Positions 1 through 11,436 are shown, counted from the first letter of the stretch. The stretch: DNA of 64,000 nucleotides from an uncultured Thermoplasmata archaeon (GCA_963715645.1 OY970259.1:1563457-1627456); one strand, 5' to 3'. A program made the numbers and translations. Notes: generated by a model not told the origin, from the letters alone.

Positions 1-433
1 TGAGCAGTCTCGCTGAGCAGCTTGGGCGGAGCAAGTCGAGCACCTCCGAGATGCTTTCGAAAATCCACCGGCGGCTCGCGGAGTCCGCGCTGCAGTTCGA
101 CCTTACGCCTATCGTTGCCCGTGGGTGACGGCGCGGCTCGGCGAGGTCTCCCACTTCCTCCCTCAGCCTCTCGTGCGCCTCCGGCCGGGCGCGACGATCT
201 CGCGAGCGAGCCCGTCTCCACCCTAGGAGGCGTGGGCGATTCCCTGACGTTTCGAGGGTGGCGGGCCGGCATCGTGCACCGCTCCTCCCTCGTCAGGGGC
301 CACCAGTCGTGGAGACCCCCCGGGGGCGGCTCGAGCGCGGGTCGGCGGCTCGGGTCACTTCGCCCGACCCCTTCCGGGGGGAGGATGGCTCCTTATCGAT
401 GCGTGAGGGTGCGGTGGTGACCGCGGAGAGGGG

Positions 434-1898
434 ATGCCAAGGAAAGTTGCCCGCCGCAACCCACCTCCTGCGGAGGTCGCGGAGGGCGTTGGCCAGGTCT
501 ACGCGGACCTGTCCAGCGAGCGTCCGCTGGACCTCCAAAAGCCGACGCTGCCGTGGGAGGTTCGCCACGAGCGGGGAAAGGCGCTCCGCTCTCGAACCCC
601 CCGTCGTCGCCACGCGACCTGGAGGCCGCCGAAGGACCGACCGGACCCCCTGACGCTCCTGGCGCGTAGCAACGAAGGTCGCCTGCCCGACCTCCTCCGG
701 CTGCGGATGGGGCGAATGGTGGCCTCACGGTTCGGCTTCCTTCGGGGGAGCTCCTCGGTGATGGCCTGGGATCTCGCGCACACCCCCGTGAGCGGGATCC
801 AGGTCCTGATCGACGGGGACGCGCACCTCGACAACTTCGGGCTCTTCGGGACCGTCGAGCGTGACGTCGTCTTCGACCTCAACGATTTCGACGAGGCGAT
901 CGTCGGACCGTGGGAGTGGGACGTCAAACGGCTGGTGACCAGCGTGGAGGTCGCCGGGCGGGATCTCGGGCTCGACCGGGCGACACGGCGGGCGGCGGTC
1001 CGCGAATGCTTGCGCGGGTATCGTTGGGAGGTTCGACGGCTCGAACGGAAGGGGGCGCTCGCGATCTGGTACATGTTCCTGTTCACGGCCCGCAAGGGCG
1101 CCGACATTCCCCTCGATGCGCAGACCCGCACGATCGTCCAAGAGGCGAGCGCGAAGGCCGACCGACGGACCAGTGCTACCCTGCTGGGGCAGGTTGCCGT
1201 ACGGCGGCGGGACGGCACGTGGCGTTTGCGCGAGAGCCCGCGCCTCCAGACCCAACTCCCCAGCGACACGAAGAAAAAGGTCGTCGAGGCACTTGGCCGG
1301 TATGCCTATTCCCTCCCCCGGGACCGGCGGTACCTCCTGAGCCGATACCATGTGGTCGACGTGGCCCGAGATGTTGCCGGAGTGGGAAGTCTGGGGACGC
1401 GGGTCTATCTCGCCCTGCTGTTCGGGAACGGCGAGGACGACCCCTTGTTCCTCCAGGTCAAGGAGGGGACCGTTCCGGCCGCGACTCCGTTCGTGCGGGC
1501 ACTGCCGCAGGAGTTCATCGACAATCAGGGAAAGCGCGTCGTCGTTGCGCAGATGGGTCTCAACAGCTCGCCCGACATTCTGCTCGGATGGACCCGGATG
1601 GACGGACGGCCCTTCTACGTCCGGCAGATGCGGAACATGAAGGGGGCCGTTCTCTGGGAACGGCTTCGAGGCCGCGCCTTCCCGCGATACGTGAGGGCGT
1701 GCGGCGCGGTTCTCGCCCGGGCGCACGCCCGAAGCGGCGACGCCGCGATGATCTCCGGCTGACTGGGGGGCGTCCTCGGTGATGGAGGATGCCCTCGCCC
1801 GATTCGCCGAAAGCTACGGCAACCAGGTCGACAAGGACCACGCACGGCTCGTGAAGGCCGTCGCCCAGGGACGCGTGAGGGCCTCGCGCGAGCTCTGA
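434..1898 (+). CDS. DUF2252 family (kinase-like) protein, disrupted near the C-terminus
   Basis: Motifs RMVASRFGFLRG, GDAHLDNFG, FDLNDFDE, GVGSLGTR, LARAHARSGD. ORF stops at 1762, but the typical C-terminus (DALARFAESYGNQVDKDHARL) continues in another frame to TGA at 1898. Confidence 0.85.
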
Positions 1899-1917
1899 CC
1901 TGACAATCGGTCCTGAG

Positions 1918-2337
1918 GTGCTCTCGACGGAAGGGGTGGCGAGCCTCTACCGGATGCCCTGGGAGATCGAGCTGAGGTTCAAGGAATCGAAGAGCCAGTA
2001 TGCGCTCGACGCGTTCCGCACGACGGACGCGAACCTCGTCGGGGCGCTGATCTGGGCGACGCTGCTGACGTTGGTGGCGAGCCGTCGGATCTACAATCTC
2101 GTGAGGGCACGAGCTCCAGCCTCGGTACACGCCGAGGATGTGGTCGATTCGAGTTCCGGGAGGGGGGCAGCGCGATTCTGGGATGCCTGCTCGCCCCTCT
2201 CGGCAACGAGGAGTCCTCGGAGAAGGAGTGCCGCGTCGTCAACTACGGCTGACAGTCTGCGCGCTCACTTCGCGCATCCGTCGAACGCCGGCCCGAGAGG
2301 TCTGGTCGAGGTGAGGCTCGCTAACTTATGCCCTATG
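1918..2337 (+). mobile_element. IS4-family (ISH8-like) transposase C-terminal remnant with probable right terminal inverted repeat
   Basis: LYRMPWEIELRFKESKS resembles the IS4 YREK signature, followed by ALIWATLLTL. The segment ends in CTAACTTATGCCCTATG (reverse complement starts CAT, as for ISH8-group ends). The N-terminal part is missing. Confidence 0.7.
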
Positions 2338-2513
2338 GTCAATCAATACACAGGAGGTTCCGTCACATGATTCTAGTTGCTCCGCAATGTTCTACGGCTG
2401 TTTGTCGCTCGTCGGCTGGAGGCGCTACCGGGTGTCAGCCCGAGAGGTTCGCAAGGTGAGACCCATCGAACATTCTTAATGGAGGACCGGGATACCTCGA
2501 TGGGGTCCTGATA

Positions 2514-3197
2514 ATGTCCAAGAAAGGCCGAATGGTTGGGGCAGTGATCGTCCTGGTCGGAGCGATCCTTCTGGTTGCCGCACTCTTCATGCCGTGGTAC
2601 ACCGAGAGCTTCTCCGCTTCTGGGATCACGGTGAGTGAGAATGCCTATCCCGGTTTCCCCTCTACGAACGGAACGATCCAATACACCTGTAGCGGCCTGC
2701 CTTCGGGTGCCTCTTGCGAGCCCCAGACGTCCTATAGTGATGCAAAGCTGAACAACTCGGGAACGATCGCGGAAGTGGGCTTCTTCCTGATCATCGTAGG
2801 GGTAATCTTCGGTATCATTGGCGCAATCATCGGTCTCACGTCCCGGAGCAACCCTCGCCGGGCCCGATCGGCCGCCACGATGGCCATCGTGGCCATGATC
2901 GTAGCCATCGCCGCGGTAGGAATGTTTGCCGCGGCACTCCCCACCGCCATCGGGCAAGACACTCCCGGACACTCGGGGTCGGGCCCGTGGTCGTCCTTCT
3001 TCGGTTCTACGAGCGCCAGTCGCTTCGGAATCACGGGGGGCACCCTTAGCTGGGGTCCTTCGATCGGTTGGTATCTTGCGATCGCGGCTTTCGTGGTGCT
3101 TCTGGTCGGCATGGTCGTTCTCATGCGCGCGCGTAAGGACCCGCAGCCTACTCCTACGGCCACCCCCGGGCCCACGTCCTCGCCTCCTGCTGCTTAG
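2514..3197 (+). CDS. Multi-pass membrane protein, hypothetical
   Basis: 227 aa with four hydrophobic helices, LFMPWY and GPSIGWYL motifs, and a Pro/Thr tail. Confidence 0.75.
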   Translation: MSKKGRMVGAVIVLVGAILLVAALFMPWYTESFSASGITVSENAYPGFPSTNGTIQYTCSGLPSGASCEPQTSYSDAKLNNSGTIAEVGFFLIIVGVIFGIIGAIIGLTSRSNPRRARSAATMAIVAMIVAIAAVGMFAAALPTAIGQDTPGHSGSGPWSSFFGSTSASRFGITGGTLSWGPSIGWYLAIAAFVVLLVGMVVLMRARKDPQPTPTATPGPTSSPPAA

Positions 3198-3617
3198 CCA
3201 GGCGTGGCCACGTGTCGCTAACCCTTTCCCCCTTCGTTCGGGGGGCCCCTCCATACAAGAGCGTGTATCAAACGAGCCCTTAGGTCACACCCCCGAGGCG
3301 AGTCCGTGGCGACGGATTCGAAGGGGGAACTTGAATCACGGCTTGAGGAACGGCGTCGAGCGGCGGTCCTCGAGCCGCCCAGCTGCCGCACTGCCCTCTT
3401 CAAACGAAGGGTAGGGGGCGGCCCGATTGCTTGGACACCGAAACAAGTGGGGCGAATGGGTTGGACTCAGGCGATTGTCTTCTGGTTCGGATATGGGGAG
3501 AGGATCCGAAACGAGACGCGGAGCGCAGAGCTAAGTGAGCCTGCCGAGGTCCGAGTGGTCGCCGGGACATGCCGCTGGGGTGATGCGGGGACCAAAAGGG
3601 GCAGAGTCACTGTCGGA

Positions 3618-3690
3618 TGGGCTCGGCCGGATTCGAACCGGCGGTCTTCGCTGTGTGAGAGCGACGTCGTAACCACTGGACCACGAGCCC
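3618..3690 (-). tRNA. tRNA-Val(CAC)
   Basis: Reverse complement GGGCTCGTGGTCCAGTGG...TCGCT-CTCACAC-AGCGA...GGTTCGAATCCGGCCGAGCCCA folds as a cloverleaf with anticodon CAC. Confidence 0.95.
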
Positions 3691-3716
3691 GCGACCCGAA
3701 CCGAGCGGCAGGAGCC

Positions 3717-3724
3717 CATAAACC
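3717..3724 (-). promoter_or_regulatory. Archaeal TATA box for tRNA-Val
   Basis: TTTATG about 28-33 nt upstream of the tRNA 5' end in a GC-rich context. Confidence 0.55.
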
Positions 3725-3739
3725 TCTCCACTCGCGCTC

Positions 3740-4610
3740 TTAGGGAAGCGAGAGGAGAAACGGGAGGGCGAGGCTTGCCGCGACGGTGAAGAGGAGGCCG
3801 GTGGCGAGGCCGAGGCTCCCGGCTTCCGGGTCCCCGTACCGGAGGATGAAGAACAGGGTCGTATCCATCGAGGTCGCTCCTCCGAACGCCGCCAGCCCCT
3901 CTCCGCGCATCCGACGGCCGACCCACGGGGCGAGGAGCATGGTGAAGTCCTCCCGGAGAAAGTTGATCAGGAAGGCGAGCAGGCCTAGCGCCGCACCGGC
4001 CCTCGCAGCGACCAGGGGACCTGCAAGCGAGTACCACCCAAAGGCGAACGTCGCGGCGAACACGACCGGCGCCGGAATGCCCTCCAGCCACGCCAGCGCG
4101 ATCGCAGCCCCCGTCGCCCCGACGACCGCCGCGGTGAGCGGGATCCAGAGAGTCCGAAGTCCCTCGATGCGGAGTCGCATGCCGAACGCCACCAGGGCCA
4201 GCAAGGCGTAGAGCGCCCAGGGGATCGCTTCGGCCGTGGGAAGGAGAACAGCGTGACCGAGCCCGTATCCCGCGAGGAGAGCCCCGAGCAGCAGCGGGCT
4301 CAACGGCCACCGGTCGGGACAATCCCCTGAGACGGGGAGGACCCGAGCGGTTGGGTGATACCACCGGAGGAGAAGCAGGACTACCCCCGCAGTGAGGCCC
4401 AGCATCAGGACCACCAGCCCGAGCGACTCGGGAATCGTGGCCAGGAGTCGTGCGGTCGGGATCGCCGCGAGCGAGGCACCGAACAGCCCGAGCAGCACCC
4501 CGACGGTTAGCAGCGTCGCGCGGGCGACCCACGGGCTTCGTGGGCGGACCCACCAGCCGGCGAGGAGCCCAGCCCCGAAGGCGACGTACAGGATACGGGT
4601 CGAACTCCAC
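3740..4610 (-). CDS. Lysine exporter LysO (DUF340) family membrane protein, frameshift near N-terminus
   Basis: FGWYSLAGP, LINFLRE and GGATSMDTTL motifs; GTG start at 4610 shifts into the main frame. Confidence 0.8.
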
Positions 4611-4620
4611 GGTCCGCTGG

Positions 4621-5961
4621 CTAGCCCGACCACCGGCTTAGCCCTACTGGCCTTCGCCGGGCCGAGGGAGGACCGAGCCAGAGAGTGTCGTCCCGCGCGG
4701 GACCGTACCCTACGTATTCCACAGGTACCGCCGGTCTCGTCCGTCACGTACTCGAGGAATCGGCGAAGCGGACCCGGTAGGGCCGTGGCCCCCTCGTGGC
4801 GCAGCCGCTCCCGGAGGCGCTCGTGGAACTCGGGCCAACCCGGGAGATGCTCGTAGACCGGCTGCGCCTTCGCGAGGTCGCTGGCCTGGAGGGGAGGCGC
4901 GGCGCGCACCGTCGTCCCGTCGGGCATCACGTACCTGCACGCAGACCGGGACGCTCTCCATGCCGCCGAGGACGTCGACCTTGGAGAGCGCGAGCGAGGT
5001 GAACCCGTTCAAGCGCGCCGCATACCGCAGGAGGACGAGGTCGAGCCAGCCGCAGCGACGCGCTCGACCCGTGGTGGCCCCTCGCTCTCCGCCGACCCGC
5101 TGGAGATATTCTCCCCGCGGGCCGCTCTCCTCGGTCGGGAAGGGTCCGGCGCCGACCCGGGTACAGTACACCTTCGAGACCCCCACGACGGAGTCGAGCT
5201 CCGTCGGCGGGATGCCGCTCCCCATCAGGGCCCCCGCGCTCGTCGGGTGGGAGCTCGTGACGAACGGGTAGGTCCCGAAGTCGATGTCGAGGAGAGCGCT
5301 CTGTGCCCCTTCGATGAGGACGTTCTCTCCCCGTGCGAGAGCATCCCAGAGCATCGTCTCGGTAGAACGGATGAACGGAGCCAGCTGACCCCCAACCTCG
5401 GCCAGTCGGGCGGCGAGGTCGTCGATTGGCGGTAGGTTCGGAAGGTGAGCTTTCCGCGCGTAGAGGAGAGTGAGGGCCTCCTTCACCCCCGCAGGTCGGG
5501 AGAGGTCCCCCATTCGAATCCCCCAGCGACCGTACCGGTCCTCGTACGCAGGTCCCACGCCACGACGGGTCGTGCCGAGGGTCGCCTTGGGGTCGGTTCG
5601 GTTCCGCAGGTCATCTTCCCAGGCATCCTCCACCTCGTGGAGGGGGAGCAAGACGTGCGCCCGGTCGGAGATGACCACGTCGCCCCGGAGCAACTTGCGT
5701 CGCTCGAGGTCGCGGATCTCCTCGAGGACCTGGAAGGGGTTGATCACCATCCCGGGGCCGCTGACCCCCGTTACTCCGTGCCGGAGCACGCCGCAGGCGA
5801 GCAGATGGAGCACCACCATCCCTTCCGGGAGATGGATCGTGTGCCCTGTATTCGGGCCCCCCCGGACGGACGACGTATCGGGCGTCCCGGGCCAGGAAGT
5901 CCGCGATCTTCCCCTTCGCTTCGTCCCCGAATTGGGCTCCCAACACGATACGGACGCTCGT
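4621..5961 (-). CDS. purA: Adenylosuccinate synthetase (several frameshifts)
   Basis: GAQFGDEAKGK, GPNTGHT, LGTTRRGVGPAYED, EGAQSALLDIDFGTYPFVTSS, GATTGRARRCGWLD and PVYEHLPGW spread across frames; GAGGAGG upstream. Confidence 0.95.
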
Positions 5962-6051
5962 ACGAAACCTCCTCGTTTCCGACGAGCCGCGTGGGGTACA
6001 TGTGGGTTGTGGCCCCGGGCCCCACGTCCTGGGGCCGCGAGGATTCCCCGG

Positions 6052-6537
6052 TCAGCCTGGGCTCGGGGGGGAGGGCGACGTGGGGGGCGGAAAGTCACAA
6101 CCTTCCGGGGGAAGCGGGCTGCCCCGGCCGCGCGCGAGGAACGCGTGCGTCTTCTGCCGATGGCATTGGCGGCAGACGGTCTGCAGGTTCGAGTACTCGA
6201 GCGCGGCGCCCCCGCGGGCGATCTCGACGATATGGTCGACGTCGAGGTCGCGCGCCCGATGACGGGTCCCGCAGATTCGGCAGGTGTACCGGTCTCGAAG
6301 CATCACGTAGGACCGGGCCGAGTCCCAGAAGAAGTGCCCATGGAACTGCCACTGACACCGACGCGAACAGTATGGGGTCCGGTGGTTCGGGAGGCCCCGC
6401 CCGCATTCGACGCACCGCGCAGCACGGCGGGCCTCCGCTCGCAGCCGGACCCCTTCGGAGAACCAGGCGACCGAGAGCGCAAGGATGCGACCGTTCGGTC
6501 CGACCCGTACGGAAGGCACCAGGTGAGTTCCAGGCAC
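6052..6537 (-). CDS. HNH endonuclease with zinc fingers
   Basis: CVECG, YCSRRC, RDRYTCRICG, DVDHIVEIARGG and NLQTVCRQCHRQKT. Confidence 0.85.
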   Translation of the reverse strand: MPGTHLVPSVRVGPNGRILALSVAWFSEGVRLRAEARRAARCVECGRGLPNHRTPYCSRRCQWQFHGHFFWDSARSYVMLRDRYTCRICGTRHRARDLDVDHIVEIARGGAALEYSNLQTVCRQCHRQKTHAFLARGRGSPLPPEGCDFPPPTSPSPPSPG

Positions 6538-6639
6538 AGCCCCGTAGTCAGCCGGACGGGCGGCTCAAGAGCGTTCGCTTCGACCGGCACGGTGGGGGTC
6601 CCGCCGCTTCTTAATGGCGGCCGGCTTTCCCCCGCCGTC

Positions 6640-7704
6640 ATGCATTTTCCGCTCTCCGACTGGATCGATTCCCATTCGGACTGCCGGTACAACCTCGCGA
6701 AGAGCGGGATGGGTGGGGTGGTTCCCTTGCCCCGCCTGCCGCCGCCGCGGAGCGGCCCGAGAGGCCCGGAGGAGGGGACGACAGACCTCCAGCGCGCGCT
6801 CGCTGAGTATCTGCGGGTCGACCCCGGCTAGGATCTTCCTCACCCACGGGGCGACCGAGGCGAACTCCTGGGTCCTCTTCTTCCTCGGGCAACGTGGCCG
6901 TGCCGGGCGCCGGGCCTGTCGGGTTCGGTTTCCCGAGTACCCGCCTCTCGTCGAGGTGGCACGACGTGCCGGATTCCGACCCGTCGAGGCTCCGGGTCCG
7001 GTTCCCCTCGCCCTGCTCTCCCTCCCCCGGAACCCGGAAGGAATCGGGTGGACCTCCCCCGAGCTCACGGAGTGGGCGGACGGGGCCGAGACCTTGTTGA
7101 TCGACGAGACGTTCCGGGAGTTTTCGGGTCGACCGTCCCAGGCCGAGGCCGGGGCCCGCGGGGTGTGGACGTCCGGCACGTTCACCAAGTTCTTCGGCGC
7201 CGACTCCGCCCGAGTCGGCTACGTGGTGGCGCCGCCCGAGGCGTCCACCGAGTTCGCGCGGTTCCACGCGGTGGTGGCAGACGACATCCCGCCCTACTCC
7301 GCGCAGCTCGCTCTCCACTTACTCGGTCGGAGGGCCGAGATCTATCGGCTCGTTCGAGCGACCTTCGACCGCAACCGCGCGCTCCTGCGTCAGGCCCTCC
7401 CGGCAGTTCCTTCGCTTGACGGACCGGTGTACTTCGACCGGACTGCCGACGGGGATGGGGACCGCCTTGCGGAGCGGTGTCTCGGATCGTCGGTCCTCGT
7501 CTGTCCGGGATCGTTCTTTGGGGCTCGAGAGGGAGTGCGGATATGCCTCACCCGCACGACCTTCCCGCGGGACCTGGCGGCCTACCTCAAGGTGAGGGGC
7601 GGCTCGAACCCGCCGATGGCGCGACGTGCTACCTCGGGAGCCGTCCGAGCGACGGCTCCACGGCGCCCCGGGGTACCGCCCGAGCGAAAGCCGGGCCATG
7701 GTGA
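6640..7704 (+). CDS. PLP-dependent aminotransferase class I/II (frameshifted, end uncertain)
   Basis: YNLAKSG, FLTHGATEAN, PRNPEG, IDETFREF and GTFTKFFGADSARVG. Confidence 0.8.
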
Positions 7705-7966
7705 CCTGCGTCACGGACTCGACCCGCGCGGGGGGCCGGCCCCCTGCCTTCTCCCGCAAGAATGTCTCCGCGAACTGACGCGCCCGTTCGGGGTTGGAGA
7801 CGTGCACCAGGAGGAATCCGCGAGCGAGCTCGGTCAGGACGGCGCGGGCCGGAACGACCTCGTCGACGGTTCGTTCGTCGGGTTCGACGGCTCGATTCCC
7901 GCCCCCCAACCCACCTCGCCTCGTCGGGGACGAGCCGAGGAACGGAGCATAAAGACGGACCTCCAC
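7590..7966 (-). CDS. Small hypothetical protein (3' end uncertain)
   Basis: N-terminal about 95 aa of ORF 7319..7966 (VDEVVPARAVLTELARGFLLVHVSNPERA) reads as protein-like and fills the gap between genes. Confidence 0.4.
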
Positions 7967-8037
7967 TTCACGTGCCGAAGCGCCCCGCCCCCCCGGCGAG
8001 CATTTTAGCCCTCGCGGCCGTACCGGATGGGTTCTCC

Positions 8038-9423
8038 ATGAGCGAAGCTGCCTCCGCCGCCGCCCCCGTTCCGACGCCCAGTCCTGCCGTCCCGGTCCGA
8101 GGCGTCCACTTGCGGACGAGCATTCCGGGACCCGAGGCGCGCCGGATCATCGAGCGCGACCACAAGGTCCTGATGACCTCGACGAAGAGCGCCCCGATCG
8201 TCGCGGCGAGCGCCAGCGGTGTCTGGGTCACCGACGTGGACGGGAACCGATTGCTCGACTTCGCGGCCGGCATCGCCGTCCACAACGTGGGGCACTGCCA
8301 CCCGGACGTGGTGCGCGCAGTGCGAGAGCAGGTGGGGATCCTGTCGCACTTTGCCGGGACCGACTACTATTACGACCTCCAGGTCACCTTGGCGGAGAAG
8401 ATCGCGAGCATCAGCCCCGGGAACTACGAGAAGAAGATCTTCTTCACCAACAGCGGCACCGAGAGCGCCGAGGCCGCCCTCAAGATCGCCCGTTGGCATC
8501 GCCGACGCCCGGTCACCATCGGTCTCCTCGGAGCGTTCCACGGGCGGTCGATGGGGGCGTTGACGATGACCTCCTCGAAGCCCGTGCAACGGGCGCGCTA
8601 CGCTGCGTTCGCCGGCGGGGGCCACCACATCCCCGCGCCGAACTGCTATCGTTGCCCGTACAAGCTCGAGTATCCGAGCTGTGACCTGTACTGCGCCAAG
8701 ATCCTGAAGGAGCTCTACTTCGAGACGTCGATCCCCCCGGACGACGTCGCGGCGTTCATCGCCGAGCCGGTCCTGGGGGAGGGCGGGTACATCGTCCCGC
8801 CGAAGGGTTGGCACCGGGCGATCAAGTCGATCCTGGACGAGCACGGCATCCTGTTCATCGACGACGAGGTACAGGCCGGGGTCGGACGGACGGGCGCCTG
8901 GTTCGCTATCGAGCATCACGGCGTGGTCCCGGACATCGTCACGATGGCGAAGGCGCTCGGCGGGGGACTTCCGCTGGGCGCGGTCGCGATCCGCGCGGAC
9001 CTCGACCTCGCGGCCGGCGCTCACTCGAACACGTTCGGCGGCAACCTCGTAGCCGCGGCGGCTTCCCTCGCCACCCTGGGCGTCATCGAGAAGGAGAAGC
9101 TGCTCGCCAACGCCCGGACCGAGGGGACGTACCTCATCGGGCGCCTCCGCGAGATGCAGTCCCGGTATGAGGAGATCGGCGACGTCCGCGGGATCGGTCT
9201 GATGGTCGCCACGGAGTTCGTCAAGGACCGGGGGACGAAGGAGCCGGCCGTCCAACTGCGGGACCGGATCCTCGAAGAGGCGTACCGCCGGGGCCTCATC
9301 CTCCTCCCGTGCGGGAAGTCCTCCATCCGGTACATCCCGCCGCTCATCATCCGCCGCGAGCAGATCGACGAGGGCGTCGAGATCCTCGACGCAGCGATCC
9401 GCGCGGCGCGCGCGGCGGCATGA
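8038..9423 (+). CDS. Class III aminotransferase (4-aminobutyrate/acetylornithine family)
   Basis: DVDGNRLLDF, FTNSGTESAEAALK, AFHGRS, EPVLGEGG, DEVQAGVGRTG and MAKALGGG. Confidence 0.92.
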   Translation: MSEAASAAAPVPTPSPAVPVRGVHLRTSIPGPEARRIIERDHKVLMTSTKSAPIVAASASGVWVTDVDGNRLLDFAAGIAVHNVGHCHPDVVRAVREQVGILSHFAGTDYYYDLQVTLAEKIASISPGNYEKKIFFTNSGTESAEAALKIARWHRRRPVTIGLLGAFHGRSMGALTMTSSKPVQRARYAAFAGGGHHIPAPNCYRCPYKLEYPSCDLYCAKILKELYFETSIPPDDVAAFIAEPVLGEGGYIVPPKGWHRAIKSILDEHGILFIDDEVQAGVGRTGAWFAIEHHGVVPDIVTMAKALGGGLPLGAVAIRADLDLAAGAHSNTFGGNLVAAAASLATLGVIEKEKLLANARTEGTYLIGRLREMQSRYEEIGDVRGIGLMVATEFVKDRGTKEPAVQLRDRILEEAYRRGLILLPCGKSSIRYIPPLIIRREQIDEGVEILDAAIRAARAAA

Positions 9424-10463
9424 AGTTCGGTCATCTCGCCGCCCCCGGCCGCCTCGAGGTCATCGAGCGTCCCGAGCCGCAGGCCGGGCCCGGCGAGGTC
9501 GTGGTGTCGCTCGCGGCCTGCGGGGTCTGCGGCACCGACCTCGAGAAGCTCCGCGGGAACTACCAGACCGCGGGGGTGATCGGCCACGAGCCGGTCGGTC
9601 GAATCGCCCGGGTGGCCCCCGACGTCCGGGGTCTCTCGGTCGGCGACCGCGTCTTCGTGCACCATCATGTTCCGTGCTACTCCTGCGAGGTCTGCGCCCG
9701 GGGAGACACCACCTTCTGCCCCACCTACTCGAAGACCAACCTCGACCCGGGGGGATTTGCGGACGCGTTCCGGGTGCCGGCCGAGAACGTCTCCCGCGGA
9801 GCGGTCCTCCCCCTCGCCGCCTCGGTGGATTGGGACACCGGCAGCCTCTTGGAGCCTGCGGGATGCGCCCTGACCGCCCTCCGACGGACGGGCCTCCCGA
9901 AGGGAGCCACCGTCTTCATCCTCGGCCTCGGGCCGGTGGGGCTCCTCTACGGACGGATCGCCCGCTCGCTCGGAGCCGATTGGGTCGGCGGGAGCGAGGT
10001 CGCACCTCTCCGCCGGAGGGTGGCCGAGCGCGGCGGCATGAACGTCACCGTCGACCCCCGGGAAGAGGGGGGGGCCAAGGCGGCGGTGGACCGCGCGACC
10101 CAGGGACGCGGTGTAGACCTCGCGGTGGTGGCCACCGGTCATCCGTCGGTGGTCCGCGACGCGACGCGCCTGGTCCGGCGCGGGGGCACGGTGAATCTCT
10201 TCGGCCTTCCGGAGGCCGGTAGCCGGCTCGACGCGGACCTCCAGGACCTCTACCTCCGGGGGGTTCGCATCCTCCCTTCGTACGCCACGACCGAGCCGGA
10301 CATCGCGGAGGTCCATCGACGCGTGGTCGCGGGTGAGCTGGAGCTCCGCGACCTTGTCACCCACCACCTCCCGCTCGACCAGCTTGCGGAGGCGTTCCGC
10401 CTCGCGGGACAGCCCGCGGAAGCCGTGAAGGTCGTGGTCACCGGCCCGGCGGCCGCTGACTAG
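9420..10463 (+). CDS. Zinc-dependent alcohol/polyol dehydrogenase (MDR)
   Basis: CGVCGTD, GHEPVG, structural zinc motif CYSCEVC..C, GLGPVG; ATGA overlap with upstream gene. Confidence 0.9.
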   Translation: MKFGHLAAPGRLEVIERPEPQAGPGEVVVSLAACGVCGTDLEKLRGNYQTAGVIGHEPVGRIARVAPDVRGLSVGDRVFVHHHVPCYSCEVCARGDTTFCPTYSKTNLDPGGFADAFRVPAENVSRGAVLPLAASVDWDTGSLLEPAGCALTALRRTGLPKGATVFILGLGPVGLLYGRIARSLGADWVGGSEVAPLRRRVAERGGMNVTVDPREEGGAKAAVDRATQGRGVDLAVVATGHPSVVRDATRLVRRGGTVNLFGLPEAGSRLDADLQDLYLRGVRILPSYATTEPDIAEVHRRVVAGELELRDLVTHHLPLDQLAEAFRLAGQPAEAVKVVVTGPAAAD

Positions 10464-11436
10464 AATCTCGGCTCCTTCGCCGATGGTCTGGCCGACGACC
10501 CGGTGGTTCGGGCGTACCCGGGCCCTCGGGCCCAGGATGCTCCCTCCGACGAATGCATCGCGCTCGACGTGGGCCCCCTCCATCACGATCGAGTTCTCGA
10601 CGTAGGCCCCGGCCTCGACGATGACCCCCGCCCCGAGGGTAACGTACTTCCCGAAGGAGGCTCCGGTCGCCGTCGCCCCGGGGGCGGTGGAGACCGGCCC
10701 GGAGCCGAGAGCTCCGTGGGGAAGGCCTCCCTTGCCGCCGCGGCCGTCGTCGAAGAGGAGGCGCTGGGCGTTGAGCAGTCGTTCGGGGGTCCCCGCGTCC
10801 TCCCAGTACCCGGGGGAGCCGATAGCCGTAGACCCCTTTCTCGAGCAGCCCCGGGACGACCTCTCGCTCAAAGCTGACCGGTCTCCCCGGGGGGATGGCG
10901 TCGAGGGCGGCGCGAGCCCAGACCCCCATGCCGGCGTTGATCCAGTGCGACGGAGCATCCTCGGGTTCCGGCTTCTCGACAAAGGAGGTGATCCGGTCCT
11001 GGGGGCCGAGCGCGGCGACGCCGTATGGTCGCGTATCGCTGACCTCCGCCAGCGTCATCGTGCCGACGCCGCCCAGCTCTAGGTGGCGAGCCCGGAGCGA
11101 TGAGAGGTCGACCGCGGCGATCACGTCCGAGTTGAGCAGGAAGAACGGGTCCGACATGGTCCCTCCCGCGTTCTTCATCCCGCCTCCCGTGCCCAGCGGT
11201 TCGGCCTCCGGGACCGTCCGGACCGGCCACCGGGGCGGGTGGGCGCGGACGTACTCGTCGATCACCTCGGCCTTGTAGCCGGTCGCGAGGACGACCTCCT
11301 CCGTGTCCGACGGGAGCAGGTCGAGCACATGGTACAGCATCGGCTTCCCAGCGAGGGGGATCAGCTGCTTGGGGATCGTATGCGTGAGAGGACGAAGCCG
11401 GGTCCCGAATCCGCCGATGAGGACCAAGGCCTTCAT
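10460..11436 (-). CDS. NDP-sugar synthase (sugar-1-phosphate nucleotidyltransferase), frameshifted
   Basis: LIGGFGTRLRPLTHTIPK, EPLGTGG, FVEKP, then GYWEDAGTP and a left-handed beta-helix tail in the next frame. Confidence 0.9.

Noticed and set aside
1-433. Short ORFs at the window start
   Set aside because: No recognisable motifs; low-complexity Arg/Pro/Gly composition.
3740-4930. Apparent PurA-LysO fusion ORF
   Set aside because: Produced by frameshifts at the purA 3' end and the lysO 5' end; purA has its own stop at 4621.
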